A DNA stretch of 64,000 nucleotides from a virus, in the IMG/VR virus record IMGVR_UViG_3300037258_000374, positions 10,805-74,804 of that record. One strand, given 5' to 3'. Positions 10,618 to 20,168 of this stretch are shown in pieces. The notes beneath the pieces are model-generated. The model ran no database searches and had not been told where the DNA came from. It worked only from the letters and a program-made list of their open reading frames with translations. The stretch's first letter is position 1. Each line of letters opens with the position of its first letter. A program made the position numbers and the translations under genes.

Positions 10618-10891
10618 TCGCTCGCTCTACAGCTGGGTCATGTGCCACATGATTGCTGATACGCCGACCGAGCTCGTCGCAATGGCGGACCGCATCGGCG
10701 TCGCGCGCCGCTGGTTTCAGTCCAAGGCGAGCGCTCCGCACTTCGACATCGCGAAGTCGAAGCGCGAGCTCGCGGTCGCGGCCGGCGCGCTCGAGGTCGA
10801 TCGCGTGGCCTTCGTCGAAGTCGTCCGCCGCATCCGCACAACCTGGCCGCGCGCGAATGATGCGTGGCTCCTCACTGACTCGAAAGGATGA
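10601..10891 (+). CDS. DUF4031 family protein
   Basis: MSVYVD..MCHMIADTPTELVAMADRIGVARRWFQ..PHFDI..KRELAVAAGA. Confidence 0.8.
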   Translation: MSVYVDRSLYSWVMCHMIADTPTELVAMADRIGVARRWFQSKASAPHFDIAKSKRELAVAAGALEVDRVAFVEVVRRIRTTWPRANDAWLLTDSKG

Positions 10892-11325
10892 ACGTGTCAA
10901 CGCAGATCACTATCGACATCACGCAGGAAGAAAACGTCAAGATCATCTGCGGCAGCTGCGAGCGCCGCGTCGAGATCGTCTGGCGAGAATGTCAGCCCAG
11001 CGGTTTCCTCGGACTGATCGCTCACATCCGATGCCACGGTGTCGATCGCTTCGTCGAGATTTCGCAGTTCCAAGTTCGAGTCGCCGAGTACTGCGGGCTG
11101 CCCCGGCTCGTGCTGCTGTGGGAGCAGCTCGGCGACATGGACAATCCCGCCGCGGCGGCGCGCTTCCTGGACGAGCGCCTCGCCGAGATCGCATCCGATG
11201 CGAGGCGAAACGATCCGGAGATCGCCCACGTAATCAGACGCGCCGAGGATCTGCTCGGGGCGCGCCGCGATGCCATTCGACGCTTCGTCGCCGCGAAGGA
11301 GCGCGCGTGCGCGTCATCTCGCTGA
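10888..11325 (+). CDS. Hypothetical protein
   Basis: 145 aa ORF, ATGA-coupled. Confidence 0.5.
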   Translation: MNVSTQITIDITQEENVKIICGSCERRVEIVWRECQPSGFLGLIAHIRCHGVDRFVEISQFQVRVAEYCGLPRLVLLWEQLGDMDNPAAAARFLDERLAEIASDARRNDPEIAHVIRRAEDLLGARRDAIRRFVAAKERACASSR

Positions 11326-11363
11326 GCCAGCCGATCAGACCGATCGCATAGGACTAGAGGAGT

Positions 11364-12416
11364 ATGAGTTACACGAAGCTGTTCGGCAGCATCATCGGAT
11401 CGACGATCTGGCGTCAGTCTCTCCACGTAAAGGTCGTGTGGATCACCATGCTCGCGATGAAAGATCAGGACGGCATCGTTGAGGTGTCGCTCCCCGGCCT
11501 TGCGCATCTTGCTGGTGTAACCCTGGAGCAGGCCACCGAAGCGATTCGTGATCTGATGGCGCCTGACCCCCATTCGAGCACCAAGGATCGCGAGGGTCGC
11601 CGCATCGAAGAGGTCGATGGCGGGTGGCGAGTTCTGAATCACTTCAAGTACCGGGACAAGGAAGACCAGGACGAGAGACGTCGCAAAGATGCGGAAAGAC
11701 AGCAAAGGAAGCGTGGGCGTGGGCGTCACGCCCTGTCACGGACAGTCACGGACAGTCACGGTGTGTCACGCGTGGTCACGCCATCAGATACAGATACAGA
11801 TCCGGAACAGGACTCTATATCGGTTCCGGATCGGGCCTTAAGCCCTTTCAAGCTTCCGGATCCGGATCGTGGGCCCCTGCGAGATCTAGTACAGGCGCCC
11901 CCTCCGGTTGATCGCTCCGCCGCGCGCGACTCCGGCCGCCGCATTCCAGCCGCTCCCGCGCTCCCAGCCGCGTCCGCAGGCCCGGACGCGCCGTTGCCGC
12001 CGGCAGCCCCGCGCACGGCAGCGCGGCTCGTGGCGCTCTTCGTGGAGCTCGTCAACGCGGCTCGCGCGCGGGTGGCCGAGCACCACCGCGTGCAGCTGCG
12101 GCCGATCTACGAGCAGGGGGTAGGAGCCCCCGAGTTGCTGGCGCGCATCCGAGGCGCGCCCGATCCCGAGGCCGAGGTAAGGCACGCGATAGCCGCCGCC
12201 GAGGCGCAGGCGATCAGGGACCCTGACGCGGCGCGCTGGCTGAGCTGGTCGATCGCGGAGCCGAAGGCATGGCGCGCGCATCTCGCCGCCGCGCCAGCGC
12301 GCACGCGCAGCAAAGCCGGACGAAGCGAGCCAGTCCGCCGCTCCGGTGCCGAGGCCTCCGCGGAGGCTGCCGAACTCGGTGTCGACATGAAATCCTACGG
12401 CGAGGAGGACGACTGA
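11364..12416 (+). CDS. Phage replication initiator protein
   Basis: GAGGAG SD; N-terminal YTKLFGSII.STIW...WITMLAMKDQDG...GRRIEEVDGGWRVLNH wHTH-type domain; internal iterons; followed by a DnaC-like gene. Confidence 0.8.
   Translation: MSYTKLFGSIIGSTIWRQSLHVKVVWITMLAMKDQDGIVEVSLPGLAHLAGVTLEQATEAIRDLMAPDPHSSTKDREGRRIEEVDGGWRVLNHFKYRDKEDQDERRRKDAERQQRKRGRGRHALSRTVTDSHGVSRVVTPSDTDTDPEQDSISVPDRALSPFKLPDPDRGPLRDLVQAPPPVDRSAARDSGRRIPAAPALPAASAGPDAPLPPAAPRTAARLVALFVELVNAARARVAEHHRVQLRPIYEQGVGAPELLARIRGAPDPEAEVRHAIAAAEAQAIRDPDAARWLSWSIAEPKAWRAHLAAAPARTRSKAGRSEPVRRSGAEASAEAAELGVDMKSYGEEDD
11725..11870 (+). repeat. Iteron array / probable replication origin
   Basis: Six GTCACG at exact 10-bp spacing (11725, 11735, 11745, 11755, 11765, 11775), then CAGATA repeats and several TCCGGA palindromes, all inside the initiator gene as in lambda O. 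Confidence 0.75.
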
Positions 12417-13090
12417 TGGCGAGCGAGCGCGAGAACAAGCCGGTGACGGCCGCCGAGGCTCTACAGCGCGTGCTGTCCGGGCTGCCGATGCCGGAGGTCG
12501 ACGGCGCTCGCCCGGATTTCGAGATCGAAGATCCCGTCGATCCGATCGCAGAGATCGCCGACATGCGCGCTAGGCAGATGCGAGCGAAGCTCGAGGTCTT
12601 CGGCTGGCCGACACGCGCGCTTGAGATCGCGGCCGCTGCCGATCTCGAGCGGCCGGCGCTGAAGGCGATCCGAGGCTGGGATCACCGCAGCGGAGGAGCG
12701 CTCGTGATCAGCGGCGGCATCGGCGTCGGAAAGACCGTCGCGGCGGCGTGGATCGCCGCCGACCGCGGACTGCGCTGCAGCTTCCTTCGGGCCGCAGAGT
12801 TTGCGCGCACATCGCGCTACGACGCCGAGGCCTTCGGGGCCGTGCTCGGTGCTGCTGCGCTGTGCCTCGACGATCTCGGATCGGAATGGGCGGACGAACG
12901 GGGTTCCTTGCGCGTAAGCCTCGACGAGCTGATCGACCGCTTCTACGCAGAGCGGCGCGTGCTCATCGTGACCACGAATCTCGGCGTTGCCGAACTCACT
13001 CAGCGCTACGGCGAGCGCGCGGTCGATCGCCTCCGCGAGTGGGCGACGTGGGCGCACGTCGGCGGCAAGAGCATGCGAGGCCGCAAGTGA
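12416..13090 (+). CDS. DnaC/IstB-like AAA+ helicase loader
   Basis: Walker A GGIGVGKT, Walker B LCLDDLGSE, IVTTNL, RYGERAVDRL. Confidence 0.85.
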   Translation: MASERENKPVTAAEALQRVLSGLPMPEVDGARPDFEIEDPVDPIAEIADMRARQMRAKLEVFGWPTRALEIAAAADLERPALKAIRGWDHRSGGALVISGGIGVGKTVAAAWIAADRGLRCSFLRAAEFARTSRYDAEAFGAVLGAAALCLDDLGSEWADERGSLRVSLDELIDRFYAERRVLIVTTNLGVAELTQRYGERAVDRLREWATWAHVGGKSMRGRK

Positions 13091-13437
13091 CCGCCGTGCT
13101 TACAACGCCGTGCGGCGAGTGCCTGTGCTGCCAGGCCGGGAAGCGGTGCGCGCGGATGCTGATGCTGTCGCCGAAGGACAACAAGGCGCTCGCGAAGGTG
13201 TCGCGCATCGCGGGCCCGACTCCTGGCGAGCGCAACATCGATCTTCGCCCTCGCGCGATCGTCGAGGAGCGGCAGCGTCACGCCGACGAGCCGACGATCA
13301 CGGCGAAGTGCTCGCGATGCGGCGACGACATGAAGGTGCTCGCGTTCATCGCGCACTCGATGAAGCTGCGCGGGATCCCATTGCCGCCGTGCGAGTACTG
13401 CCGCGGCGCCGCGCCGGAAAGGGCGGACCTTCGATGA
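13087..13437 (+). CDS. Cys-rich hypothetical protein
   Basis: CGECLCC, CSRC and CEYC motifs. Confidence 0.5.
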   Translation: MTAVLTTPCGECLCCQAGKRCARMLMLSPKDNKALAKVSRIAGPTPGERNIDLRPRAIVEERQRHADEPTITAKCSRCGDDMKVLAFIAHSMKLRGIPLPPCEYCRGAAPERADLR

Positions 13438-13782
13438 TGGATCTTGGTGATGATCAAGGCTCTGCGCCGATCGATGCGCTGCGCGCGCCATTCCCATGGT
13501 TCGGCGGCAAGAGCCTCGCGGCGCCGTTGATCTGGCGAGCCTTCGGCAACGTGCGAATTTTGTCGAGCCATTCTGCGGATCGCTCGCTGTTCTTCTCGCG
13601 CGCCCGCACGCGCCGAAGGTCGAAACGGTCAACGACAAAGACGGATTCATCGCGAACGTATGCCGCGAGGATGGACGCAGATCGCGTGGCGCTCGAAAGG
13701 CAGCGGCAAGAACCGCGGCAAAGAACGGATCTGGTTCTCGCCGCTCTGCGAAGCCTCACTCGCGCAAGGGAGTCTCTTCTGA
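13434..13782 (+). pseudogene. DNA adenine methyltransferase (Dam/D12-like) remnant
   Basis: Three pieces in three frames: APFPWFGGKS...FGNV; (frameshift ~13552) NFVEPFCGSLAVLL...ETVND.DGFIAN; (junction ~13659) MPRGWTQIAWRSKGSGKNRGKERIWFSPLC*. The catalytic DPPY-containing middle is absent. Confidence 0.8.
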
Positions 13783-14210
13783 TGGGCCGGCAACCAACGC
13801 TCGTGCACATCTGCGTCGACTGCGGCGCTCGGGGCCAGCTCGGCGCGCTGCAGGCAAAGCGTGCAGGATGGAAGCTGTGGATCGGCGGCGGGTGGTGTCC
13901 GAAGTGCTACCCAAAGCACGAACCGCAGATCCGAACGCCGCAGCCGACGGGCACGCAGCCAGATCCGGTCTACGTGCGATGTTCGGCGTGTGGACGAGCC
14001 CCGCTACGCGGTGCGGAGATGACCCCCGACGCGTGGTGGCCAACGTTTCACTGGCTAGCGACCGAAGAGAACAAGCTCGCGCTCAAGGAGCGCAAGCGTC
14101 CTATCCCGCTGTGCCCGGGCATCCACAGGCCGGGCGCCGTCGTCAAGGTCGAGCGCGTTCCTCTCGACGAGGAGCAAGGAGACCGCGATGCGCCTGTTGA
14201 GGCACCATAG
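13782..14210 (+). CDS. Zn-finger hypothetical protein
   Basis: CVDC, CPKC and CSAC motifs. Confidence 0.5.
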   Translation: MGRQPTLVHICVDCGARGQLGALQAKRAGWKLWIGGGWCPKCYPKHEPQIRTPQPTGTQPDPVYVRCSACGRAPLRGAEMTPDAWWPTFHWLATEENKLALKERKRPIPLCPGIHRPGAVVKVERVPLDEEQGDRDAPVEAP

Positions 14211-14543
14211 TCCGATGTCAGACGAGAACGGTATGCATCAAGCGATGGCCGATTTGCTTGATGACGACGCGGAGGGCTGGGCACGCCTTCAAGGCTTGTT
14301 CGCGATGCTCGCCCTTCCCCTCATCCACGATAGCGACGGTCGCTTTCGCAAGCGGATCATCGAGGTCGAGATCTCGGCTGGCCGATGGATAGCGATCGAT
14401 GGCGCCGCGCTCGAGATGCAGCGGCTGATCGTGTGGTCGGGGATGAACGGTACGCGCAGCACCTATGAGTTCCGTCGCTCCGAAGGCGTCCCGCAGTGGC
14501 GCGCTCCGAAGGAGGAGTCGCGCGCGAAAGGATTCATCGTCCC

Positions 14544-15089
14544 GTGATCAGGATCGTCTTCCTCGACTTTGACGGCGTGCTGAACAGCACCGACTGGTAC
14601 AAGCGGCGCCCGAACAAGGTCGAGTGGGCCGCGCGCCTCGGCATCTCCGAGGAGCAGTTCTGGAACGACCGCTTCGAGTGGGCTCTGCGATCGATCGACC
14701 CGGACGCGGTCGCGGCGCTTAACGATCTCGTGACGAAGACGCAGGCGCGCGTCGTCATCAGCAGCACGTGGCGCACGATGTGGTCGCTGCCGAAGCTCGA
14801 GAAGATACTCCGGTGGTTCGGGTTCGCTCACCATCTCGTCGGCGCGACGCCAGACCAGTGCGAGCAGGTCGATGGTGGACTGTTCGTCGGCGCGCGCCGC
14901 GGCAACGAGATCGCGGCGTGGCTCACCACGATGTTCGGAGCAGTCCGACCGGCAGATGTCGAGTTCGTGATCATCGACGACGACTCCGACATGGGCCCGC
15001 TCTGCGACCGGCTGTTCAACACGAGCCACGATGTCGGCCTCCGCGTGGGCGACGTCGAGGCGATCGCGGCGATGTTCGAGGTCGCGTGA
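14544..15089 (+). CDS. HAD-family phosphatase (Swiss Army Knife RNA-repair-like HAD domain)
   Basis: IVFLDFDGVLN, VVISSTWR, RGNEIAAWL, FVIIDDDSDM. Confidence 0.85.
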   Translation: MIRIVFLDFDGVLNSTDWYKRRPNKVEWAARLGISEEQFWNDRFEWALRSIDPDAVAALNDLVTKTQARVVISSTWRTMWSLPKLEKILRWFGFAHHLVGATPDQCEQVDGGLFVGARRGNEIAAWLTTMFGAVRPADVEFVIIDDDSDMGPLCDRLFNTSHDVGLRVGDVEAIAAMFEVA

Positions 15090-15502
15090 CCGCCTGCGCC
15101 AAGTGCGGCTACGACTCCGATGCCGTCGTCGTGGCCTCGTGGTCGTTCTTCATTGACCGCGATCCGCCGTCGCTCAACAGCCGCGTAATCAACCTCGGCG
15201 CGACCCGCTGGCGATACGCGAAGGAGCGCGATGCGTGGGGATGGGAGTTTCGCGCGGTGCGACTGATGAAGAAGATCCCGCCAGCGGAGGGCCTGCGCCG
15301 AGTGACGCTGACGCGCTGCTACTACGGGCGCCAGCAGGAGCGAGATCGAGACAACCTCGCGGGCGGCATGAAAAATTGCGTCGATGCCATGGTGCTGGAG
15401 CAACTGCTAACAAGCGACGACCCGGCGCACGCGGAGATCCACTACCAACAGGAGCGCGGCTCGCCGACCGGCCTGCGCGTGCTCATCGAGGAGCTAGCGT
15501 AA
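15086..15502 (+). CDS. RusA-like Holliday junction resolvase
   Basis: PPSLN, RDRDNLAGGMKNCVDAMV..LLTSDD. Confidence 0.75.
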   Translation: MTACAKCGYDSDAVVVASWSFFIDRDPPSLNSRVINLGATRWRYAKERDAWGWEFRAVRLMKKIPPAEGLRRVTLTRCYYGRQQERDRDNLAGGMKNCVDAMVLEQLLTSDDPAHAEIHYQQERGSPTGLRVLIEELA

Positions 15503-15698
15503 TGGCACGAGGGAAGCTGCTCAGCGATGTCGAGCAATACGTGCTCGAGATGAACCAGCTCTGCGAGGGCGTGCTCGCGCTACGCAGACGCGGCACGAGG
15601 ATCTGGAACCGCGCAGCCCACGGCGCGCCGCCGCTGACGAACGTCGAGATCCAGAAGATGCGCGCCGCACTTAAGCGGCTGCAGACGGTGGCGCGAAC

Positions 15699-16163
15699 GT
15701 GAACCATCTCGCCGAATCGGACCGCGCGCGAGCTCGCGCGTACATCGAAGCGCGATCGATCCCGGTCCCGCACTGCGGGTGCCGCCTCTGGCTGCTCGCG
15801 CCGCGCTCGAACGGATACGGAGCAGCGACGTTCAACGGCGAGCAGTGGACGGCCCATTGCCTAGCGTATGAGGCTTGGGTCGGTCCCGTCCCGGATGGCG
15901 CGCTCCTTGAGCACCGCATTTGCGACGAACGGATGTGCTGCGAGTGGACGCATCTGCGGCCAGGCAGCATCGCGAGCAACATGGACGACGCGGCGCGGAA
16001 GCTGCGGCTTGGGCAGAAGCTGAACGCCGTCCAGGTACGCGCGATCCGCGAGCGCTACGGAGCAGGCGGCGTCATCAGCCTGCGACGGCTCGCGCTCGAA
16101 TACCGCGTATCGAAGACGTCGATCGCGATGATCGTTCGCCGCGAGCATTGGAGCTACGCGTGA
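15699..16163 (+). CDS. HNH endonuclease with C-terminal HTH
   Basis: CRLW...NGYG...AHCLAYEAWVGPVPDG..LEHRICD...HLRPGS..SN; KLNAVQVRAIR..LALEYRVSKTSI. Confidence 0.8.
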   Translation: MNHLAESDRARARAYIEARSIPVPHCGCRLWLLAPRSNGYGAATFNGEQWTAHCLAYEAWVGPVPDGALLEHRICDERMCCEWTHLRPGSIASNMDDAARKLRLGQKLNAVQVRAIRERYGAGGVISLRRLALEYRVSKTSIAMIVRREHWSYA

Positions 16164-16338
16164 GGACGTGGCTCTTCTGGCTCCTCGTGCGCGGCGGCGT
16201 TTTGTATGTGCTGAACTGGCTGTGGTTCAACGAGGCCGAGGCGACGATCGCGCTGTTCATCGTCTTCTCGATGTTCCACGCGATGACCATCTACGAGCGG
16301 CGCGCCGAGGAGCGCGAGCGCTGGAGGACGATCGAACG

Positions 16339-16530
16339 ATGAGCAGAGCATCGACCAAGCCGATCGCGAGCGACCTCTTCGCAGCGGGCTGGCTCTCGCC
16401 CAACGCTGCGGCCGACGCTCTCGGTATCACCCTGCGTCAGCTCGAGCTTCGAGCGCGCCGCCGCGAGATCAAGCGGCGCGAGCTCGCGCCGGGCACCGGC
16501 CTGTATCTTTACGAAGTGGCGCGGCGATGA
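16339..16530 (+). CDS. Small HTH (excisionase-like) protein
   Basis: WLSPNAAADALGITLRQL. Confidence 0.5.
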   Translation: MSRASTKPIASDLFAAGWLSPNAAADALGITLRQLELRARRREIKRRELAPGTGLYLYEVARR

Positions 16531-16979
16531 CCGAGCCGGCTCGCGAGGCAATCAACGCGGTTCGCCGCGCGCTGTCGGGCTACGTGTTCCAGGTCGACGA
16601 CGAGGCGAGCGTTCAGCGGCAAGTGCTCCAGGCGCTCGGCGAGCGCGGAGTCGAAGTGCTAGGCAGCGAAGTGATCGCGCGCGTGCCGGAGAAGCGCGAG
16701 CCCGCGCCTCCGCGGCTGCGTAACATGCCTGCACCGAAGGGTGGACGATACGACATCTTGGTGTGCCACGCCGGCGTGCGCCTCGTGCTGGAGTTGAAAG
16801 TCTCGGGCTCGGCGCCAGCCGTCGAGCGCCAGGCGCAGCGCTACGCCTTGACGCATGGGATCGATGCCGTGGCGCTGGTGACGACCTCCAACCGCCTCGC
16901 GCGCGGGGTCGCTGCGATCGAGGACGACGAGATGCTCGGCGGTAAGCCGTTCGGCGTCGTGCTCCTCCGGTGCTTCTGA
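16527..16979 (+). CDS. PD-(D/E)XK nuclease-like protein
   Basis: E..VQ, GRYDILV, LVLELKV, QAQRYA. Confidence 0.6.
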   Translation: MTEPAREAINAVRRALSGYVFQVDDEASVQRQVLQALGERGVEVLGSEVIARVPEKREPAPPRLRNMPAPKGGRYDILVCHAGVRLVLELKVSGSAPAVERQAQRYALTHGIDAVALVTTSNRLARGVAAIEDDEMLGGKPFGVVLLRCF

Positions 16980-18862
16980 TGCGGCCGGGCAGCATCTCGC
17001 TCGATGGCGCAGGCGACTTCGTCGTCCGCTGTCCGCCGCACGTCGCGATCAAGCTGCGGCGCGTGTTCGGCGGCGTGCAACGGCGCGGTGCCGGCTATTT
17101 CACTATCAGCGCGACGTCGGGCAATGCGTACGAGCTGCAGTGGTTCCGGCAGCGGTATCCGCTCGATCTGGAGCAGGACGCGGCCGACAGGTTCGAAGCT
17201 CTGCGCCTAGCCGAGGAGCATCGGCTCGCGTCGATCGCCGAGCTCGAGGCGGCCGACTACATCCCTCGGAAGTTCGATCTCGCGCTGCCGCCGCGCGAAT
17301 ACCAGCGCGTCGCGGCGGACCTCGCGCTGCGCACGGGCTCGCTGCTGGTCGCCGACGAACTCGGGCTCGGCAAGACGATCACCGCGATCTGCGCGCTGAC
17401 GGCGGAGGGCAAGCTGCCGGCGCTCGTCGTGACGATGACGCACCTGCCGAGGCAGTGGGAGGTTCAGCTGCAGAAGTTCGCGCCGTCGCTGCGCGCGCAT
17501 CGCATCCGCAAGGGAACGCCGTACGACTTCGCGAAGATCAAGTTCGAGACGGACGCGAGCGGCAAGCGCATGCGCATCCCGCGGCCGGGCATCCCAGACG
17601 TGATCATCTGCAACTACCACAAGCTGTGCGGATGGGCCGATACGCTCGCGCAGCTATGCAGGTCGGTCGTCTTCGACGAGGTCCAGGAGCTTCGGCACGC
17701 CGGGACGAACAAGTACATCGCGGCGCACGCGATCGCCGGCAGCGTCCCGCTCCGAATCGGGCTGTCGGCGACGCCGATCTACAACTACGGCGCCGAGATC
17801 TACTCGGTCGTCGAGGCGATCGCGCCCGGCGCGCTCGGCACGCGCAAGGAGTTCTACGACGAGTGGTGCGGCGGCGCGAACCCTGGCTCCGACCAGGACG
17901 CCCGGAAGGTCTGCGTCGCGGATCCGGTCGCGCTCGGCACGTATCTGCGCGAGTCCGGCCTCATGATCCGCCGCACGCGGAAGGAGGTCGGTCGCGAGCT
18001 GCCGCCGCTGACCATCGTGCGGCATGCGATCGAGGTCGACCCGGCGCGCATCAACGAAGCGACGGCGGACGTAGCCGAGCTCGCCTCGCGCGTGCTCGCG
18101 CGCACTGGCAGCAACTTCGAGCTGATGAAGTGGTCCGGCGAAATCGACTACCAGATGCGCCAGGCGACCGGCATCGGCAAGGCCGGCGCGGTGATCGACT
18201 TCGTGCGGATGCTCGTCGAGGCCGGTGAGCGCGTGGTGCTCTACGGCTGGCATCATGAGGTCTACGCGCTGTGGCGCTCGGCACTCGACAAGCACGGCAT
18301 CTCCTTCGCGATGTACACGGGCAGCGAGAGCGAGACGCAGAAGTCTGATAGCGTGCAGGCGTTCATCGATCACAAGGTCAACGTGCTGATCATCTCGCTG
18401 CGTGCTGGCGCCGGGCTCGACGGGCTGCAGCACGTCAGCCGCACGGTGGTGATCGGCGAGCTCGACTGGTCTCCGCAGGTCCATCAGCAGAACATCGGCC
18501 GCGTCTATCGCGATGGCCAGCTCGAGCCGTGCGTTGCGTACTACCTCGTCGCCGAGGAGGGCAGCGATCCGGTGATCGCCGACGTGCTCGGGCTGAAGGA
18601 TGCGCAGGCGACCGGCATCATCGATCCTGATCGCGCGGGCGTCGCGCATCTGGTCGGCTCCTCCGAGAGCCACGTGCGAAAGCTCGCCGTCGAAGTGCTG
18701 CGCCGGCGCGGTATCGAAGTGCCAGACGAACAAGACGACTGCTCGCAAGGCGATGATCGCGGCTGCAGCATGCACGGCGATCCCGGCAATTGCCCAGCGC
18801 CACCGGAGCCGTCGCTCGAACTGGCTCCGCAACTCGGCCTAGCGCTAGGGTCCTCGCGATGA
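16979..18862 (+). CDS. SNF2-family helicase/ATPase
   Basis: PREYQ, LLVADELGLGKT, VVFDEVQ, LSATPIYN, SLRAGAGLDGLQ, QNIGRVYRDGQ. Confidence 0.9.
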   Translation: MRPGSISLDGAGDFVVRCPPHVAIKLRRVFGGVQRRGAGYFTISATSGNAYELQWFRQRYPLDLEQDAADRFEALRLAEEHRLASIAELEAADYIPRKFDLALPPREYQRVAADLALRTGSLLVADELGLGKTITAICALTAEGKLPALVVTMTHLPRQWEVQLQKFAPSLRAHRIRKGTPYDFAKIKFETDASGKRMRIPRPGIPDVIICNYHKLCGWADTLAQLCRSVVFDEVQELRHAGTNKYIAAHAIAGSVPLRIGLSATPIYNYGAEIYSVVEAIAPGALGTRKEFYDEWCGGANPGSDQDARKVCVADPVALGTYLRESGLMIRRTRKEVGRELPPLTIVRHAIEVDPARINEATADVAELASRVLARTGSNFELMKWSGEIDYQMRQATGIGKAGAVIDFVRMLVEAGERVVLYGWHHEVYALWRSALDKHGISFAMYTGSESETQKSDSVQAFIDHKVNVLIISLRAGAGLDGLQHVSRTVVIGELDWSPQVHQQNIGRVYRDGQLEPCVAYYLVAEEGSDPVIADVLGLKDAQATGIIDPDRAGVAHLVGSSESHVRKLAVEVLRRRGIEVPDEQDDCSQGDDRGCSMHGDPGNCPAPPEPSLELAPQLGLALGSSR

Positions 18863-19428
18863 TCGCAGCGCTGATCCGGTGCCTCGCGCTCGCCGCCCGC
18901 GCCCATGCGGCGTGGCCGGAGTACTCGATCGCGGACGTAACCGCCGCATCCTGCGCGGCGGTTGGCGCCGCCGATCCGGGCGTCCCGGCCGAGCTCCTGC
19001 TCGCAATCGCGCAGCACGAGAGCGACCTGCATCCCAATGCGGTGAGCTGGGTCGCGACCAGCGGCCGAAGGGTGGATATCCTGTGGACGCGCGACCGCGC
19101 GCCGCCTGAAAACAAAGCGTTGGCATGCGGTTACGGGCAGACGATTGTCCACACCAGCCGCGCGTGCGCCGATGTGATCGCCGATCACGGTGGTCTCGTG
19201 ACCGCGGAGCACGAGCTCGCCGCGTGGCTGCGGTCGCCGCTGAGCGGCGGTTCTCTGCGTGTCGCGCTCGGCGGCTACGCCGGCGGGATCGCTGGCGCGC
19301 GCGCGGCGCGCGAGGGTATCGACGCTCTGGCGGTCCGCTTCGCCGATCTCTTCATCGCTCGCGCGAGACGGTTAACGATGCAGTCGGTGACTGTCATAGT
19401 AGGGTCCAATCAGTGGAGGAATCGATGA
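18859..19428 (+). CDS. Lytic transglycosylase (SLT)-like protein with N-terminal signal-like segment
   Basis: GVPAELLLAIAQHESDLHPNAVS (catalytic ES motif), ACGYGQ, ALGGYAGG. Confidence 0.6.
   Translation: MIAALIRCLALAARAHAAWPEYSIADVTAASCAAVGAADPGVPAELLLAIAQHESDLHPNAVSWVATSGRRVDILWTRDRAPPENKALACGYGQTIVHTSRACADVIADHGGLVTAEHELAAWLRSPLSGGSLRVALGGYAGGIAGARAAREGIDALAVRFADLFIARARRLTMQSVTVIVGSNQWRNR
19400..19405 (+). promoter_or_regulatory. -10 box (TAGGGT) upstream of the first pentamer unit
   Basis: Same hexamer that precedes many other genes in this genome; predicts a start near 19412, ahead of unit 1 and the Cas7-like gene. Confidence 0.5.
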
Positions 19429-19436
19429 TCTAACCG

Positions 19437-19506
19437 CACCCCGCACCGCGTCGCAGCGCAGCGCTGCGCCCCGCAGCACAGCGCAAAGCAGAGCCCTAAC
19501 GGGTCA
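19437..19506 (+). ncRNA. Putative guide-like RNA unit 1: (CGC-NN)x11 plus hairpin
   Basis: cacCC cgcAC cgcGT cgcAG cgcAG cgcTG cgcCC cgcAG cacAG cgcAA agcAG, then AGCCC-TAAC-GGGTCA. The repeat is seen directly; RNA function is inferred. Confidence 0.6.
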
Positions 19507-19583
19507 ATCGGCCAGCGAGTCCAGTACCGACATTATGTCCGTCAGCGACTCCAGCGCCCCAAACGACAGCAAGAGGAATCTCA

Positions 19584-20168
19584 ATGCAGACGGTACGCGC
19601 AGTTCTGAAATCCATCAGTCCCTATTCGCAGTCCAAGTATGTCGACAAAGACGAGCACCCCAAAAACGGCAAGGAGAGCGCCGACGACTACGAGAAGCGC
19701 ACGTGGCAAGCGCGAGTGCATCTCGACGACAAAGGCGCTCCGTACATGCCGCCGATGGCGCTGAAGAAGTCGCTCGACGCCGCGAGTGCCTACCTCGGGA
19801 AGATTCCCGGCGAGCGCAATGCGACCTACGTGAAGCGATTCAAGTCTGGGCTGCTCGTTACCGACAACATCCCGCTCCGATCGAACGGCAAGCCGGTCAC
19901 GAAGATCGACGACTTCGAGGGCGAGTGGCTATTTCTCGATGCTGGTGGCAAGGCCGGCCAAGGATCAACGCGCGTCAAACGCCGCATGCCTCGGCTCCGC
20001 GAGTGGGAGGTCACAGCAACGATCTATCTGATCGACGAGATCATCACACTCGATGTGCTGCGCCGCGCCCTCGAGGATGCCGGCCGCTTCGTCGGCGTCG
20101 GTCGCTTCCGCCCGCAGGTCGGAGGATTCTACGGTCGCTTCCTCGTCAAATCGCTGGAGGCGGTATGA
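19584..20168 (+). CDS. Stand-alone Cas7/RAMP-like protein
   Basis: AAGAGGA SD. N-terminal strand VRAVLKSISPY; PYMPPMALKKSL resembles the RAMP 'P.IPgsslKG.lR' motif; thumb-like GGKAGQGSTRVKRRMPRL; C-terminal Gly-rich loop AGRFVGVGRFRPQVGGFYGRF. Confidence 0.7.
   Translation: MQTVRAVLKSISPYSQSKYVDKDEHPKNGKESADDYEKRTWQARVHLDDKGAPYMPPMALKKSLDAASAYLGKIPGERNATYVKRFKSGLLVTDNIPLRSNGKPVTKIDDFEGEWLFLDAGGKAGQGSTRVKRRMPRLREWEVTATIYLIDEIITLDVLRRALEDAGRFVGVGRFRPQVGGFYGRFLVKSLEAV

Noticed and set aside
19535-20164. 374-aa ORF 19535-20659 as one protein
   Set aside because: The first 210 codons overlap the Cas7-like gene in another frame and look non-coding; the likely start is ATG 20165 at the ATGA overlap.
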